Below, piece by piece: positions 25,818 to 39,462 of a stretch of DNA of 64,000 bases. A model generated the notes under the pieces. That model saw nothing but the letters and a program-made list of their open reading frames with translations, was not told where the DNA came from and searched no databases. The position numbers were made by a program, and so were the translations under genes. The DNA lies in contig JAHLTZ010000005.1 in NCBI GenBank assembly GCA_025786725.1, positions 124,001-188,000 of the forward strand. Reading direction: 5' to 3'. This DNA comes from Syncephalis fuscata S228. Taxonomy: Eukaryota; Fungi; Zoopagomycota. Position 1 is the first letter of the stretch. The number at the start of each line of letters is the position of its first letter.

Positions 25818-26468
25818 TTATTCGCCATACTTTAACACACGCACAAACTTTTGATAATCAAAATATCCATTCCGATCAATCATATCCCCTTTGAATAGAA
25901 TATCGACCTAACAGTATTACATCCACTTATTAGACTATGATCAGTATTAATTCTATTAAATTTACCTCATCATCGGTAAATCGGTCCCCCATGGTAGTAA
26001 GATGTTCACGTAAATGTTCTGCATGAATACGACCATTTCCATCTTCATCGAAGCATTCAAATGCCATCATAATGTCATGTTCAGGATCTGTCCCACTCAT
26101 TTTCTCGCCCATTAAGGTAAGAAACATCGTGAAATTAATACTGCCCGGTGCCTCTCGAATCATCGCATCGATATATTCATCTGATGGATTCTGGCCTGTA
26201 TATATATATTACACTTTTTGTTTGTTATTCACTTGTAAGCTTACCTAGTGAAGCGAGCATATCTTTAAGATCTTCTCGGTCGACAAAGCCGTCCGAGTCA
26301 TGGTCAAGAATCGAGAAGGCTTCTTTAAACTCGGCAATCTGCCGTTGGTCAAACATGGCAAATACATTCGAATTCTGACGCACTGCCCGCTTCTTCTTTT
26401 GCTTGCGAAGCGACTGCACACAGACAAAGCTCAGTATTTAGTGTATAAGCGACAAGTATACTCACCAT
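25818..26468 (-). CDS. RLC1: Myosin II regulatory light chain (EF-hand), 4 exons with an ATG-only first exon
   Basis: [60 protein letters not shown]. Confidence 0.95.
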
Positions 26469-26699
26469 AGTAAGGTTTATCGTAGAGTAGAGTAGAGTAG
26501 AGTAAAGATGCACAAGTAGACGGTAGAAACTAAAAGGTGGTTGAGTAGTAAGTAGTCCATACTTAATAGGCAGTGCGGTGCTATCAACACAACACGTGAC
26601 TGTATCAGCTGACATCACACTTTTTTACGCAATTGATCGTAATGAGTTGATTAGATTAATTTGTGTTGAAATGATCATTCACAATAAACATTAATGTAA

Positions 26700-27115
26700 T
26701 AACATTATCATTTCCATAAAATAGAATTGAATGTAACAGAGCATTGTATCAGTAATAATATTAAGCATTTAAATAAAGAATACAACATGCTATTTGTTTT
26801 CTTTATAACACTTGAGGCTGATCATTGTTGTTGTTGGCTATATGTAGAAAGATTAATTGAATATTAATAAAAAGACATCGATCACGATTCCATATCATTT
26901 TGCAGTTGTTATTGTTGTTACTACGTACAGCGTGGTTTTCTTGCGTCTGAATGGTCTTTTCTACTTTTCAATCCTGTACTGTTGCATCAGCATCATAATT
27001 AAATCATAACATTTTATTGTAAATAACATGAAGTACTATTTAATATGCGAGTTACGAATCTTTTTGTCCCAGTTTAAGGATAAAGATTCAAAGTACAGTA
27101 GCTCCAAACTTTTAA
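26700..27115 (-). mobile_element. Internally deleted Fanzor relic (copy of 52200-53085)
   Basis: Minus strand reads HAVRSNNNNNCKMIWNRD..INIQLIFLHIANNNN. Three collinear blocks match 52202-52362, 52823-52888 and 53027-53085. Confidence 0.8.
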
Positions 27116-27408
27116 TTGCAATAATATATTATAAATCAGTATTATCCATTGTAGTATAGTCATTTATTCTTTTTATTTATCAGTTAAAGTAACGATAAGT
27201 AAAAGTAAATAAATTTAATATCAATGAGTATAATAGTGTTGTCTCGCATAAGGAAGACTATTATAATATATTATAATAATTAGAATGAAGTAGATAGATA
27301 GAGTGAAATAGAAAGAAAGAAAAGCAAATAAATACAAAAGATCAACGAAAACAACGTGTAAATAAACCAACAACTAAATAAACATAGTAATTATAATGCT
27401 TGACTCTT

Positions 27409-29691
27409 TTAAAGCTGCACACTAGAAATATCCACATCCATATCCATATCATCGTCATCATTCCATAACTGAGGTGATTCAAGTCCATTTGGTAATTCAT
27501 CCAAATCAAGATCCAAATCAAAATCAATCATTTGAACAATACCACCATCTGATTCTAGGCCCATACCCGAATCACTACTAGGTAATATGGTATCTATATG
27601 TTTAATAGATCCATATTGACCAGTGGTTTTACGGTCTATTTGTTGTTGTTGTTGTTCGCTCACTTGTCGTTGTACAGCCGCATGAAGAGTAGCTAGTGCA
27701 TCCTTAGCATCAAGTGACTCGTCCAATGAAATTAAACTAGTCGTTGAAGGGGAATTAAGTCGTTTACGTAGTGTACTCGACTCTTTATCAACAAGCATGG
27801 TTGCTTTAATCTCAATAGGCTTGTCACTTTTGGTCGGTGATACCGATAAGAATGATGACACAGAAGTTGATGATCCAGAGGATGCTGTCAATGATAATGG
27901 CTTACATTGACTTGTTTCCAATGCCTCCAATGAATTAGAAAAGGACGGCATTCTAGGCAATGATGTAGATGGCACTGTAGTGGCAGCCACTGTATTGGTA
28001 CCATTATCAATTGCTGGAATAGCCGCAATAGGTGATGGTCGTTTAAAGAACAAAGAATGTAACATACGGGATCCAGGTAGTGAATTTCTAAATGGACGTG
28101 CTTGTTCAATAAATGAATTCATGGAAGATGGTATAGCCATAGCAGATGGTGATACAGTGATACAATAACTGCATCTGTCTCTTCATCATCTGCTGTAGCT
28201 ATAGCTGTAGCCATTAATGATGCATACTGTCTTTGTTGTCCTTGTCCTTGTCCTTGTTGTTGTTCAATAGCCCGATCAATTAACATACCATGCGTTGATT
28301 CGTTATTATCCGATGAATGTAATTGTGATAATGATTTACGGGTCCTTAATGAGGCTGGTGGTGACATACAAGACAGTGGACTTACAACAGGTGGTGTTGG
28401 TTCAACACGACGAGAACAACATTAGACATCCATAGATCAGCAATAGAAGGCCGTTTCTTTACTGTACGGGTCTTTTCTGTATTATTATTAGATTTCGTTG
28501 TTGTGTCGCCTATTATCGTCGAGACTGAGTCGCCCAACTTTGACGATGATGACGATAATGTCGATGACACTGACGATGACACTAGACTAACATCTGTCTC
28601 ACTATCATTATCGCCTTCTGGTGATAGTGATCGCTTTGTACCGCCATTAGTCTCTTCACTTGATGTTATATGCTTGATATCTGAAGTACAAATAAATAAA
28701 GGCTTATTTACTCGTAACACATCCATTGAGCTTGTTTCAGAATGACTTTTAGTTGACGATGTTGATGTTGATAATAATGATGATGATGATGACTTTTGTC
28801 GCTTTGTCCCAGAAGGTAATGGCTTAGGTGGAATATACCTTTATCACTATTACTTGTAGGAGTAGAACGAGACTTTGTTAAAGCAACTGTATCCATCAAT
28901 GTTGGATGTCGTCGTCTTGATGATGCAGTGTGGGTGATGTTGGTGATGTTGGTTGTGCACTTGAACGTGTTGCCATTGATCGAGTATTATTAGCCATGTT
29001 GTTGTTGTTGTTGTTGATGTCAAATGAGTTGACAGTTTAGTAACTGTAGCCAATCGAGTAGATGAAATGGTAGCACGAGCAAATCCTTTAGATGCAATAT
29101 CAGATGTTGTTGTTGTTGAACCCATTTTAGATCCTCGTATGCCATTTGTATTACCATCACCATTACTAATGGACCGAGTTGATCTATTACTATTATTGCC
29201 ATTGTTATTATTTAATGGTTCTGGTGTAATTGTGCCATCTCGACTGGGATGTGATCGTCGACGGCCATTTGATCCCATAAGCATGACAGCTGCAGCAGCT
29301 TTGGCTGCATCTCTCATTGTACGGGCCTTTTTACCATGATTTAATGTGCATTTGATGAATGCATACCGACCTTGGCCGGTGTGGTCGCATGATCATTTTG
29401 TAAAGACGCCATTGAACATTTACTGTTGCTATTCATTGACTTTGTTTCAATGCCGCGGTTTAATCGGCCTGGCTCTTCTGACTCAAGTGCTGATAGTCGC
29501 TTTGATCGACGACTTGATAGAACTGACGATAATCTTGCTTCATTATTGTCAGTAATTGTAGTTGTAGTGGCTGTGGTAGTCATTGTACCGCTGCCACTAC
29601 TTCTACTTCTGCGATGGTGATGGGTGGAGAACAAGTCGCGAACAGAAGGTGGCGCAACCACGTCTCGAGGTTTTCTTCGAATAGTTGCCAT
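27409..29691 (-). CDS. Large S/T-rich disordered hypothetical protein, broken by several frameshifts
   Basis: Chain of overlapping minus-strand ORFs from MATIRRKPRD to the acidic tail DLDLDLDELP..WNDDDDMDMD. Confidence 0.6.
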
Positions 29692-29978
29692 ATTGGTGAT
29701 GTTATGGATATTGCTGTTTTGGTAGTAAATATGCTCCGCTAATAAATATGCCCGTAAATGGAGTAGAAGTCAAAAACAGAAATGAAAATGAATATAGTTA
29801 TAATTAGAAGCAGGTAGATAGAGAAGTAGGTGGCTATATAGATAAGTAGATAAAAGTGTTAGATAAAGAGCTGGCTATGAGTCTAGACAATGCATAAACG
29901 CAGTAACACCAAACTATTAATATATTGGCAAAGTCATAAACAAAGGCTTTACCTTTTAGTTATATTATAATAATGAGT

Positions 29979-30055
29979 TAATAGTGTTAATAGTAGTAAA
30001 GTAGTGTTAATAGTAGTAAAGTAATAGTAGTAAAGTAATAAAAGTAATAGTAAAA
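29979..30055. repeat. Degenerate tandem repeat (taatagtagtaaag)n
   Basis: Unit repeated 3-5 times. Confidence 0.7.
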
Positions 30056-30491
30056 TGACCGTCGTAACAACGCTCAACCAATATCTAAATAGCCCGACAA
30101 TAATATTGCATTGACCAACAAACAAATACTCAATCAGTTAACAAGACAATAAACCTGGCAAGATGAAGAAGACAAACAAAGAGTGTGCGTGTAAAAGTGT
30201 GAGTGAGCAAGTGTGGCAATAGACCCTTTGATTCTTGTTTTACTTCTATAAATTGCATGGCGTTTATATTGGAATAGAAAAAACGAGTCAGCTGACCCAT
30301 TCGGTCATCGAAAGCGTGCAGTTTCACTTATCAGTCGTAATCACTCAATAATTAACAGAATGATGGATTTGAAATGATTAAATCATATGATTATTATTAA
30401 AGGTTTCAATGCTATTTATTAGTATGTATACTTTTAGAAAGATGACGATATAACTATACGCTCGTATGACATTGTGCTAACTATATCGTCA

Positions 30492-30890
30492 TTAGGCTAT
30501 TCGTAGCGATTCGTTAGTGTGTCCTATGCGTTTTACTGTTTTACTTCTTGAGTAACTGGATCTACCCAGCATTTGGCAGGTCGAATAACTTCAGCCACAG
30601 CAAAGTGCTTCTTTTTACTAAGTGGACGGCATGCTTCAATGCGGATAACATCGCCGAGTCGACACGACTCTTGTTCGTCGTGTGCAAAATATGTCTTATG
30701 TTTTGTAATCATCTACAAGTGAATAAACATATATATTATATTGAATTTGTATTTAACTAATCTATAGTTTGATGACATACGCGTCAAATACCTTTTTAAC
30801 CACCGGATGTTCGGATACTTTAGCCACGCGTACTTTAACGGTCTTCTGCATTGCAGTACCAATCACCATACCAATAAAGTTTTGACGCAT
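30492..30890 (-). CDS. MRPS17: Mitochondrial ribosomal protein uS17m, 2 exons
   Basis: [28 protein letters not shown]|[34 protein letters not shown]. Confidence 0.93.
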
Positions 30891-31148
30891 ATTGAAGTAT
30901 AGAAACACAGTTTGTGTATGTGCGTGGTGTGCGTGTGTGTCAATATAAAGAGAGAAAAAAGAAAATATTGAATATTTTGTGATAACAATTAGTAAAAACT
31001 TTAATAAAAACACTAATTAATTAATTAGTTAATAACAGCAGTCGTAATAATATATTGATAGCATAGCAGTAGTATAATTGTATTAATAGTTTAGTAATAA
31101 TAATAATAATAATAATAAATAGTAATAATTCTATAGATCTATTTGAAA

Positions 31149-33694
31149 TTAATCATGGACACCGCCACTACGACGACGACCCACAACGGAACGGCTAATC
31201 ATGTCAAGCATACGCTTCGGTTTAACCGATTGTAATCGAAATCGAGACTGTCCATCTTGGTCACTATTGGCCGTGTTCACTGCGCCATCTTTATCGCTTG
31301 TATTTAATAGAAACTGTCCTGCGTCTTCAGATCGTCGTTTATCGGCACCATTGACTAATGTTTCACTCGATGAGGCAGTTAATCGACGATAGTGTTGTCT
31401 AGATAAGTTTTCCAACTCTTCTATCTCAGCGGTTAATTCATCTTGTGGATCTATTAGTACACCAGTATTAAATCTACTATTATCAGACCAGCCTATTCTA
31501 GATTACCTAGACATTGGGCAATAACTTCATCAGATAAACGGTATCGACGTGCCAATTCTAGTGCCGATTCGTTCATTTCGTTTTTTAATAAAGGATCGGC
31601 TCCACGCATTAATAAATACTGACAAGCATCGGCATGTTGTTGTGATAGGGCCTCGTGTAATGGAGTCCATCCATTTTCACCAGGTAAATTAATAGAAATG
31701 CCGGCATCAAGTAGCATTGTTAATAATACAACATTGCCTTCTCGTGCTGCCAAATGCAATGCTGTGATCCACTGTTAATCAATAAATTGTTTAATTGATT
31801 AATAAGATGCTATTATTGTAGTCTTTCTACTTACAATTCATCTCGTTGTAGCCGATTAATACCCGTACGTAAAAGCAAAGAAATAACAGCGGATCATTTT
31901 GTACAAGTAATGCATGAGTTGCGTTTGAATTGTTTTATGATCCATTCTAGTTATTTTTACTATTAGTTACAAACTCGCACTATTTAGCAATTACACTCTA
32001 TTTACATACCGCTTTAGAATAGACTGCATACTTTGTTGATTGCCACGGGCTGCGGCCAGTTCAAATGGTAGAATGTAGTCGTGTGAATTGCTATCTTTGG
32101 CCATAGTTAGAATGCGTTCTTTGTGGCTAATTGATGTTGTTGTGGTATCTGAAGATAGTGTAGACGCATTGGTTGACCGTCCTCGTTGCGGTAAACGGCG
32201 TTGACGTAGACTTTGTTCTCCTGAACCGTCATCGCTCCAAGGCTGTGGTACACGGAAAGCGTAACGATCCAATTTGGACATAAGACATAGTTGAGGCAAT
32301 AGAATGCCATGTTCTGGATCTGCACCATAGTCAAGTAATAGTGCCACGGTGCGATTATCGTCGTAAGCACGTCGGCTGCAGGTAAGCATAAGTGCGGTGA
32401 GTCCATACCAAGATTGATTTACATTGGATCGCTAATACACCCTTATTAGTATACATCCTAAACTACCCTTACTGAACTTACCTTAATCATATAAGCAACT
32501 ACATTATACATGCCTGTAGCTACGGCAAAAAGGAAATAGCTAGGATATTGGAATGATTTACCCTTTTTTCCATTATTGCTGCTATCGTCTTGCTTTAGAA
32601 TAGGCGCGTTAAAGTCGGAAGGGAATCCACGCTCTAGCATAAGCAGTACAACTTGCTCCATTCGATTGCAAAATGCGTGCAATAAAATATAGTTGGCTTC
32701 CTTGCTATGCTTTTGGCGTAAATTAGCCGGTGATATCATATCAATAAGCGAACAAGTGAGCGGTACATTATGATCTCGTAGTGCTAGTCGTATTTCATTA
32801 AATATAGCTACGCTTTAAGGTAAGTTACAGGCTGTAGACAATGGTATTTATACTTGCCAGCCTTTGTGCGCTTCTTGTTCTTTTTTTTGGGCATTAATGC
32901 ATTAAGACGCTCAATGGTTGAGGTGCGATGGCGCATAATGATATCCTTGGATCGCATCTTTAACATATCTCGGCCTAATTGATAATAAATTACTATATTA
33001 TAAATTACTGTACAAATTACTTACTGTGACGTGTCCGTAGTCGATTCTTTTGTGGCTCACGAAACTTTTTATTATCTCGCAGTGCTTGATCAAGTATCTG
33101 TAGGTCAGATAGTCGTCGTCGATGCCAACGAGGACGTGTATCTCCACATAGAAATTCGCCATAAGTCAGAAAATTGCTTCTTTCCGAATCAATGGCTAAT
33201 GAACAACTGGTCGAAGAAGATGGCCTAGATCGTAGACTGCCAAACGAACTTGATGCCCGTAATGTCGGCGGTAAAGATCGAATACCCGATGTCGATAATG
33301 ACAAGCCATCACGTGGAAGATTGCCACGACGTGCTGACCGCAAGTATCATCGACATCAAAGCTTTTACGCTTCGACATGAATGAAACTTCCTTTGGTTGG
33401 GGCTGATGTGTATTTGAGCCAGTCGAGCAAGATGTATTGGTAGGTGCTTCTGTCGGCTTTTCAATAAATTCTTTAGTATTAATTCAATAGCAGGCGTGGT
33501 AGTGGTAGTAGAAATAGTAGAAGTAGCAGTGGTGGATTGGCTGCCCTCTTGCTCTATAGTCGCATTTTGGGAAAATTCGGTATAGCACATACCAGTGGTA
33601 GATTCATCTGAAGTCATATCGTTTGTTGTTGCCACGCCGCCAAGACTAGTAAAGTGGACACTGACGAGGTTTCCACGCTAACAGTTGTAGACAT
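31149..33694 (-). CDS. Ankyrin-repeat protein, multi-exon; N-terminus uncertain
   Basis: GLTALMLTC, TALHLAAREGN, GWTPLHEAL..LLMRGADP ankyrin repeats. Confidence 0.85.
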
Positions 33695-34634
33695 TGTTAC
33701 AACTGTTTATAATAATAAAGTAAAATTGCTTGCGTTTAGTTATATTTAGCTATGATGGCGGGTCTATAGTTTGCAGATGAAGAGGTAAACGACAAGATGG
33801 CCAACACTACAATATGCTTGCAGAAAAACTAGACGATAGGAGTGTAGTGCGGAGCGGAGTGCGGTGTGTCGTTTACAAGCAGCGTGCAACTAGCCGTGTG
33901 TACGTGTGTAATGGGGTGTACCCGTATGTGTGTGCGTGTGTGTAGGCGAGTGTGTGCGGCAGTGGAGTGTATATATGCGTGGTCGAGGTCCTTTGTCAGA
34001 CCTGCTTGCATCTGGAGCGTTGTGTAAATATAAGCCAGTCAGGCCAGGCAATGTTAGCGGGGTGAGTAGAGGAACACCAACGTGTGTTTAAATACAATGC
34101 TAGCAGGTTTGCCTAGAATAAAGTAATGGAGAAGTACGACAGCCTGTGCTTAATAAAAAACAGTAAAAGTAACGTATATTAGAATAAAATAGGAAAAGAA
34201 TGTGTTTATACGGAAATGGCTATAATGGCTCTAGACGCGTTTGGAAAGATGGCCTGAACAAGGCAACTTATACAAGCCTTTGACAGGTTTGTTCCAGTTA
34301 AGGTCGACGCTGCCATGAAGTTATCATTATCATTGACAGTATGCAATTCTATGCGGTTAATAGACGTGTATATGTGTATGTGTGGCTATTAGTTGTGAAA
34401 TATATTACAGGTCAAATAGACATGTTACAGTGTATGCCAGTAGTTTATTGTAAATCATTAAGACAGCATTCTAATAGCGTTAATAAATGAGCTGCAAGTT
34501 GTAGAGATTCAATGGCCGTATCACTATCAATAGTTGTCCTTCCAATATCTTGAACAAGCATGTTGGCACGTCGATAAACGCTAGCAAGAATAGCAAATTG
34601 ACATTGCTGTTACTGTAGCACATTGCACTATGAA

Positions 34635-34873
34635 TTAGCCACCAGGCAATGGATCCTTGATGGCCATTAGCCATGTGGTGCTGACTCGGTCTGGAGACCG
34701 CATGGCTTCCGGCAAGGAATGGCATGCTTTGACATTCCGGTTTTTGCTTTGCACGTCGCAATCTTGCCATGGCCAGAGCCTAATTTGATCGATATACAAA
34801 GGTCTATATTGACAAACTGATCGACTTACCATTGCAAGTTGAAGTCTTGTAATTTGTAAGTAGTAGATGTCAT
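34635..34873 (-). other. Candidate 62-aa spliced micro-ORF overlapping a multi-helix fold
   Basis: aacaATG, GTAAGT..TAG intron near 34829-34780, GC-rich second exon; nested inverted repeats at 34661-34775. Confidence 0.35.
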
Positions 34874-35699
34874 TGTTTATGCACATCAGCTGTAATAGTA
34901 GAGGAAAGTGATTAAAATGGAAAGCTACGCATTTGTCTTCGTTTATTTACTACGATCATTAGTCAGATTGATATCACTGGTAATTATATAAATCTACTAT
35001 AAAATGAATAAATTTGTATTTTATCAATAATGATATATTAAACTGATAATAAATAGTTTATTAGTGGGTAATTCGTTTAATTGGCTTATATTGTTGATGA
35101 CTATATTATGTAGAAATAGACGTATTAATTAATTAACTTTGTTTAATCGCGCTATTACCATTGTCTTATTTGTTAAACACCTGCTATTACGGCGCTAGTT
35201 CCTTAGTATTGCTAATTTCCTTTATGGCAATTGTAGCAATTCCAAGCGCTTTATCTTTACTATAGTAACTATTACTGGTCAAGTGGTTTGCATCAACTAG
35301 GAACTTGGATGCAATTACCTGCATTTGTTGCTGTTACTATTGGGCGCATTCCATAATAGTAAAAAAGACTGCTTTATTATATTACTTTATCTACTAGTTC
35401 GTCGATTCAATCTATTACAAAAATAAATTACAAGGCATACACCAATACCATTGGGGTAAGTGGAAATGGTGACTAAATGCTGCAAATAGTAAGCATATTA
35501 AGACGATAAGCGCTAAGTAGCTTACTTTGTCTTTTGTTCTCTGTAGCCTTCATATTCTGTTCATCGTTATCATTTACAGCTCTTCAAAGCAACACTACTT
35601 AGTATTACCACTGATCTGCTTATTGACAAGACGAACACCCGACTACTCTCTTCTCTTAATAAACAGTTTACCGAAAGGACTAAAGGATCTGCAATTACC

Positions 35700-37736
35700 A
35701 TGGACAAAAATAAACGGCCAAATCACTCAAAGGCTGGATTTCAGCTACGTACATCCAATCAGTCGGCAAAGCTCGACGAGCCAAGCTGGAGAAAAGGTGG
35801 GTTTATTAAACATTGTATGCAAGCTACTTATGGATATATGCTAGTAGGCCGCACAGATAACACAAAAGCTGTCTCATCCACCATGAGCATACACCCACTG
35901 TCCGCCCAAAACTAAGTAAAGATGCTTCTACGGATACCGGCTCACGCGGTGCACCCAATGCATGTTTATTTGTCGCCAGGTGAGAAATGGCTCTGTTCAG
36001 TTTATCCGGAATAGCATACATATACTAATAGTCATGCATATAGTCTGGTTGCCTCAAAGACCGAGTCTCAGCTAAAGACCAGCGTGACACGCATTTCTCC
36101 CAATGGGGCAAATTGCTTGATGTTAAAGTGTTTCGTGACTGGCAGCAACGACCTTATTCATTTGTACAATATGAAGTAAGTACCATACCTACTTAGCCAT
36201 GCATCATGTTTAGCCAGTCGTTGTCTTAGACCAAGGACACTGCTTTAGTCGCACTAAAGGAATCACAAGGCACGCTGCTTGATAGTCGTCCTATACGAGT
36301 GGAGCCGGCGCGTGTCAATCGTGCTCTCTTTATTGTTCACAAGAATGCACGAGAATTAAACGAGCCGGTAATTGATAGCATAGCAAACAAGACAATATAT
36401 ATTTAACTGTAGTATGATAGGAAATTCGTGAATTGGCCAGTCCCTACGGTGAAATTGAAACGCTAGATATTCTTCCATGGTCAGCAAGTAACCAGGAACA
36501 TGGTTTGGCATTTGTAAAGTTCTCCTATCGAGATGATGCCATTCAAGCATATTTGGTAATGATATTACAGATCACAAGTCTATAGCAATGAGCTTTTTAT
36601 TGATACCGATATAGGGCATTCGAATAAGCAATACTTGGTGTGTAGACTGGGCCAATCACGCCGAAAGACTTGTTCATCCTAACGATAAAACGAGTCTTTT
36701 TGTCGGTCAGCTTAATCCACGAGAAATTACCGAAAATAAACTACGTGACCGATTCAAACGATATGGTACAATAGCCGAAATATCGTTAATTAATCGGCCC
36801 TCATTTCATTCATGTAAGTTACCGATAATAGGACAATCATAGAGTATTTATTCTAATATACTGCCAATTAGTTGCTCGATGTGCATTTTCATTCATTCGA
36901 TATGAGGACCCCGAGTCAGCCACCAAAGCATTAGCAGCAGAGGTAAATATAAAGATTGGCATAAAGTAGTCACTAATACATGCTGCATTTACTTTAACAG
37001 GATGGCGCACAATGGCTCGGTTACTCTATTTCCGTTCAATATCGAGAACCGCGTGAGCAATTTATCTATAAACGGTCTTTAAGTAGTGGTCTATCCTCTG
37101 GACTACATCCATTTCCTACAACTGTTGGTCGCTACCGGCATACCATGATGGAAGAACCAAGTAGTGTTCGTATCAATGATCCAACCGTCTACACAATAGC
37201 TCAACCACCCACTGGTACGTAAATAATACTAAATATGCAATATACATATCTATTGACAATTATGGCTTATAGCAGGTCATCATACTATGCCTCCATTTAG
37301 CTATATACCACACCTCGATACATACTACTATCCCTATATGCCAGGTATGCATCCACCACATGCACCGGCCTACACATCCGCGCCATCTTTTGTTGCACCA
37401 GGCCAACTTAGCCAGGCTACAGACAATATGCCAATTTACATGTACACGCCACAGCAGCTTACATCAACGCCTGTGTCCTACAAATACTCCACTCCACAAA
37501 CACCAAATGACACTCCAACAGATGAATCGCAAACAACACCAGAGAGTTTTTCAACATGCAAGACATTAACGCCACGGTCATCGGACCAGTCGGCCGATAA
37601 TTCATCTAACAAATCTGGTATAACTGTGGCTAGTACAAATACAACACCGACAATTGCAAAATCAACACCTTATACGGTAGATGAGCTTTGCTACCAACTG
37701 AATACAATGAACATGGCGTCTCAAACCAATACCTAG
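35700..37736 (+). CDS. RIM4: Rim4-like multi-RRM RNA-binding protein with P/Y/T-rich tail
   Basis: RGAPNACLFVA|SL, VKVFRDWQQRPYSFVQY, LDSRPIRVEPARVNRALF, SLFVGQL; resembles the Rim4 GRPSxCxFVASL signature. Confidence 0.75.
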
Positions 37737-37970
37737 CAAATAACAGCGATATATGGTAGTTCAACAAGAATTCAACATTTGCAATCTATAGCCTAGCATT
37801 TATATCGCTATATCCACAGTAATAACAGTGCTACTATTGCGTATTTAGCGATGAATTAATCATCGTTTAATGTTTACAAAATACAAAAATAAAATTATGA
37901 ATTTGCTTTTTTTCACTTGTCACTCTTCCACGAATTCATCGGCCAATCTAGTTTACCACCACTCTTAACT

Positions 37971-38325
37971 ATGATCATTCCAGTTCGCTGCTTCTCATGC
38001 GGCAAGATTGTTGGCGATAAGTGGGAACATATTTCAGTTATTTGCAAGAGAACGTGCCTGAAGGGTAGGCAATACAATTTGCAACAACAGATTAGTACTA
38101 ATGATGAACTAACAGTGAAGCACTTGATCGTCTTGGTCTACAACGTTATTGCTGCCGTCGTATGTTGCTAACTCATGTAGATCTTATTGAGAAGTTGTTG
38201 CAATATAACGGTACGTACTATAAACCGTCGATAGCTACTGAATAACTAATATATATATATTATGTATGTATGTATGTATGTATATATAATATACAGCCTA
38301 TGCACGACGACGAGCACGTCATTAA
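37971..38325 (+). CDS. RPB10: RNA polymerase common subunit RPB10 (1-nt deletion near 38026)
   Basis: [41 protein letters not shown]. Confidence 0.96.
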
Positions 38326-38442
38326 TCTATTAAAAACGCGTTTCGGTACACAAGAATCCACCGTCATCGTATATTAAACGAACACATATTATTAAATTGA
38401 TTTATTGCTTGTTCAGTGTTTATTTATAGAGTATATTAATGA

Positions 38443-38940
38443 TTAAATGAATCGACTAGTAGTTGAAGGCGAGCTTTTAGCAATAGGACTAGATTTACTA
38501 TGGCTATCCTTTATCGCTTGATCTATAATTAACAATAAATACGAGATTACATTTATTATTATATTATTTCGTATATTTTAATAGCACTACAGTACCTGTT
38601 TGGATTGTTGCTACTTGTACAACTGCATCTTCGGACTTTCTAGATGCTTTATCCGATCTTTAAGTTGCATTATACGTAGATTAGCCTTCTCTACGTATTC
38701 CTTCTCTTCCATCCTCAAATTCATCAAGCCTATTGCTACCGAACCAACCAAGGACCACAGAAGAACCCGTCGACCAAAAAACATAACAAATTCCTTTTCA
38801 TACGCAGTATACCGGAATCGTTCAACTTTTTGCGTATGTACCGATCGGACACCGCCTAATAAGCTGGTACGTGTCAACATTGGCGCGCAGAATCTAGTCT
38901 GGGCTGCCATCACTGACCGCATCTTCATCGTTGAATGCAT
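38443..38940 (-). CDS. Small mitochondrial single-TM coiled-coil protein (DUF5321-like)
   Basis: Arg-rich presequence and LLWSLVGSVAIGLMNLRMEE..IMQLKDRIKHLE; a second exon ending SRFI* joins if one A is restored near 38638. Confidence 0.65.
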
Positions 38941-39158
38941 AGAATAACGATACAAATAAAGAAAATATAGTTTGAGAAAGAAAGAACGCTTTGTATAAAT
39001 TAAAGAGTAGCATCTACTTTTCCATTCCTTTATTACAAACAACACTTAATAAATTAGTAGTAACATTATAAGTGTGCTATTACTATTTAGCATAGATTAT
39101 AATGGCTATTTATTTGATGTAATAAGATAACCATTAGTAGTTCGTTGAATGACGCGAT

Positions 39159-39462
39159 TTATACGGATTTCTCTAGTTGTTCGATCCTTTGTTCCAGTGC
39201 TTCAATTTCATTCTCCTTTAATGTACGTACATGGTCGGCGTACATAGCTTCATATACCAAATGAAGCACTAGTGATGTGCCGGTAGCCATAGCAAAACAA
39301 GTAGTTAGCGGAATGCTATAACGCTGCCAAAAAGATAGCTGTCCAGGAATGAATATATGAAGTAGCGTTGCTGTTGTCCTATACCATGGCCATACAGTCT
39401 CCGGTAGACCCGCACTCTACCAATAGCCGCACATGCATAGCCGCTATAACTTTATGATGCAT
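39159..39462 (-). CDS. Small single-TM coiled-coil protein (Ina17-like); start uncertain
   Basis: SFWQRYSIPLTTCFAMATGTSLVLHLVYEAMYADHVRTLKENEIEALEQRIEQLEKSV*. Confidence 0.6.

Noticed and set aside
29979-30055. CRISPR-like array
   Set aside because: A simple degenerate tandem repeat without unique spacers, in a eukaryotic context
34615-34835. U1 snRNA (cattgcac and acttacc motifs)
   Set aside because: The motifs are in the wrong order, and acttacc is simply the reverse complement of a 5' splice site
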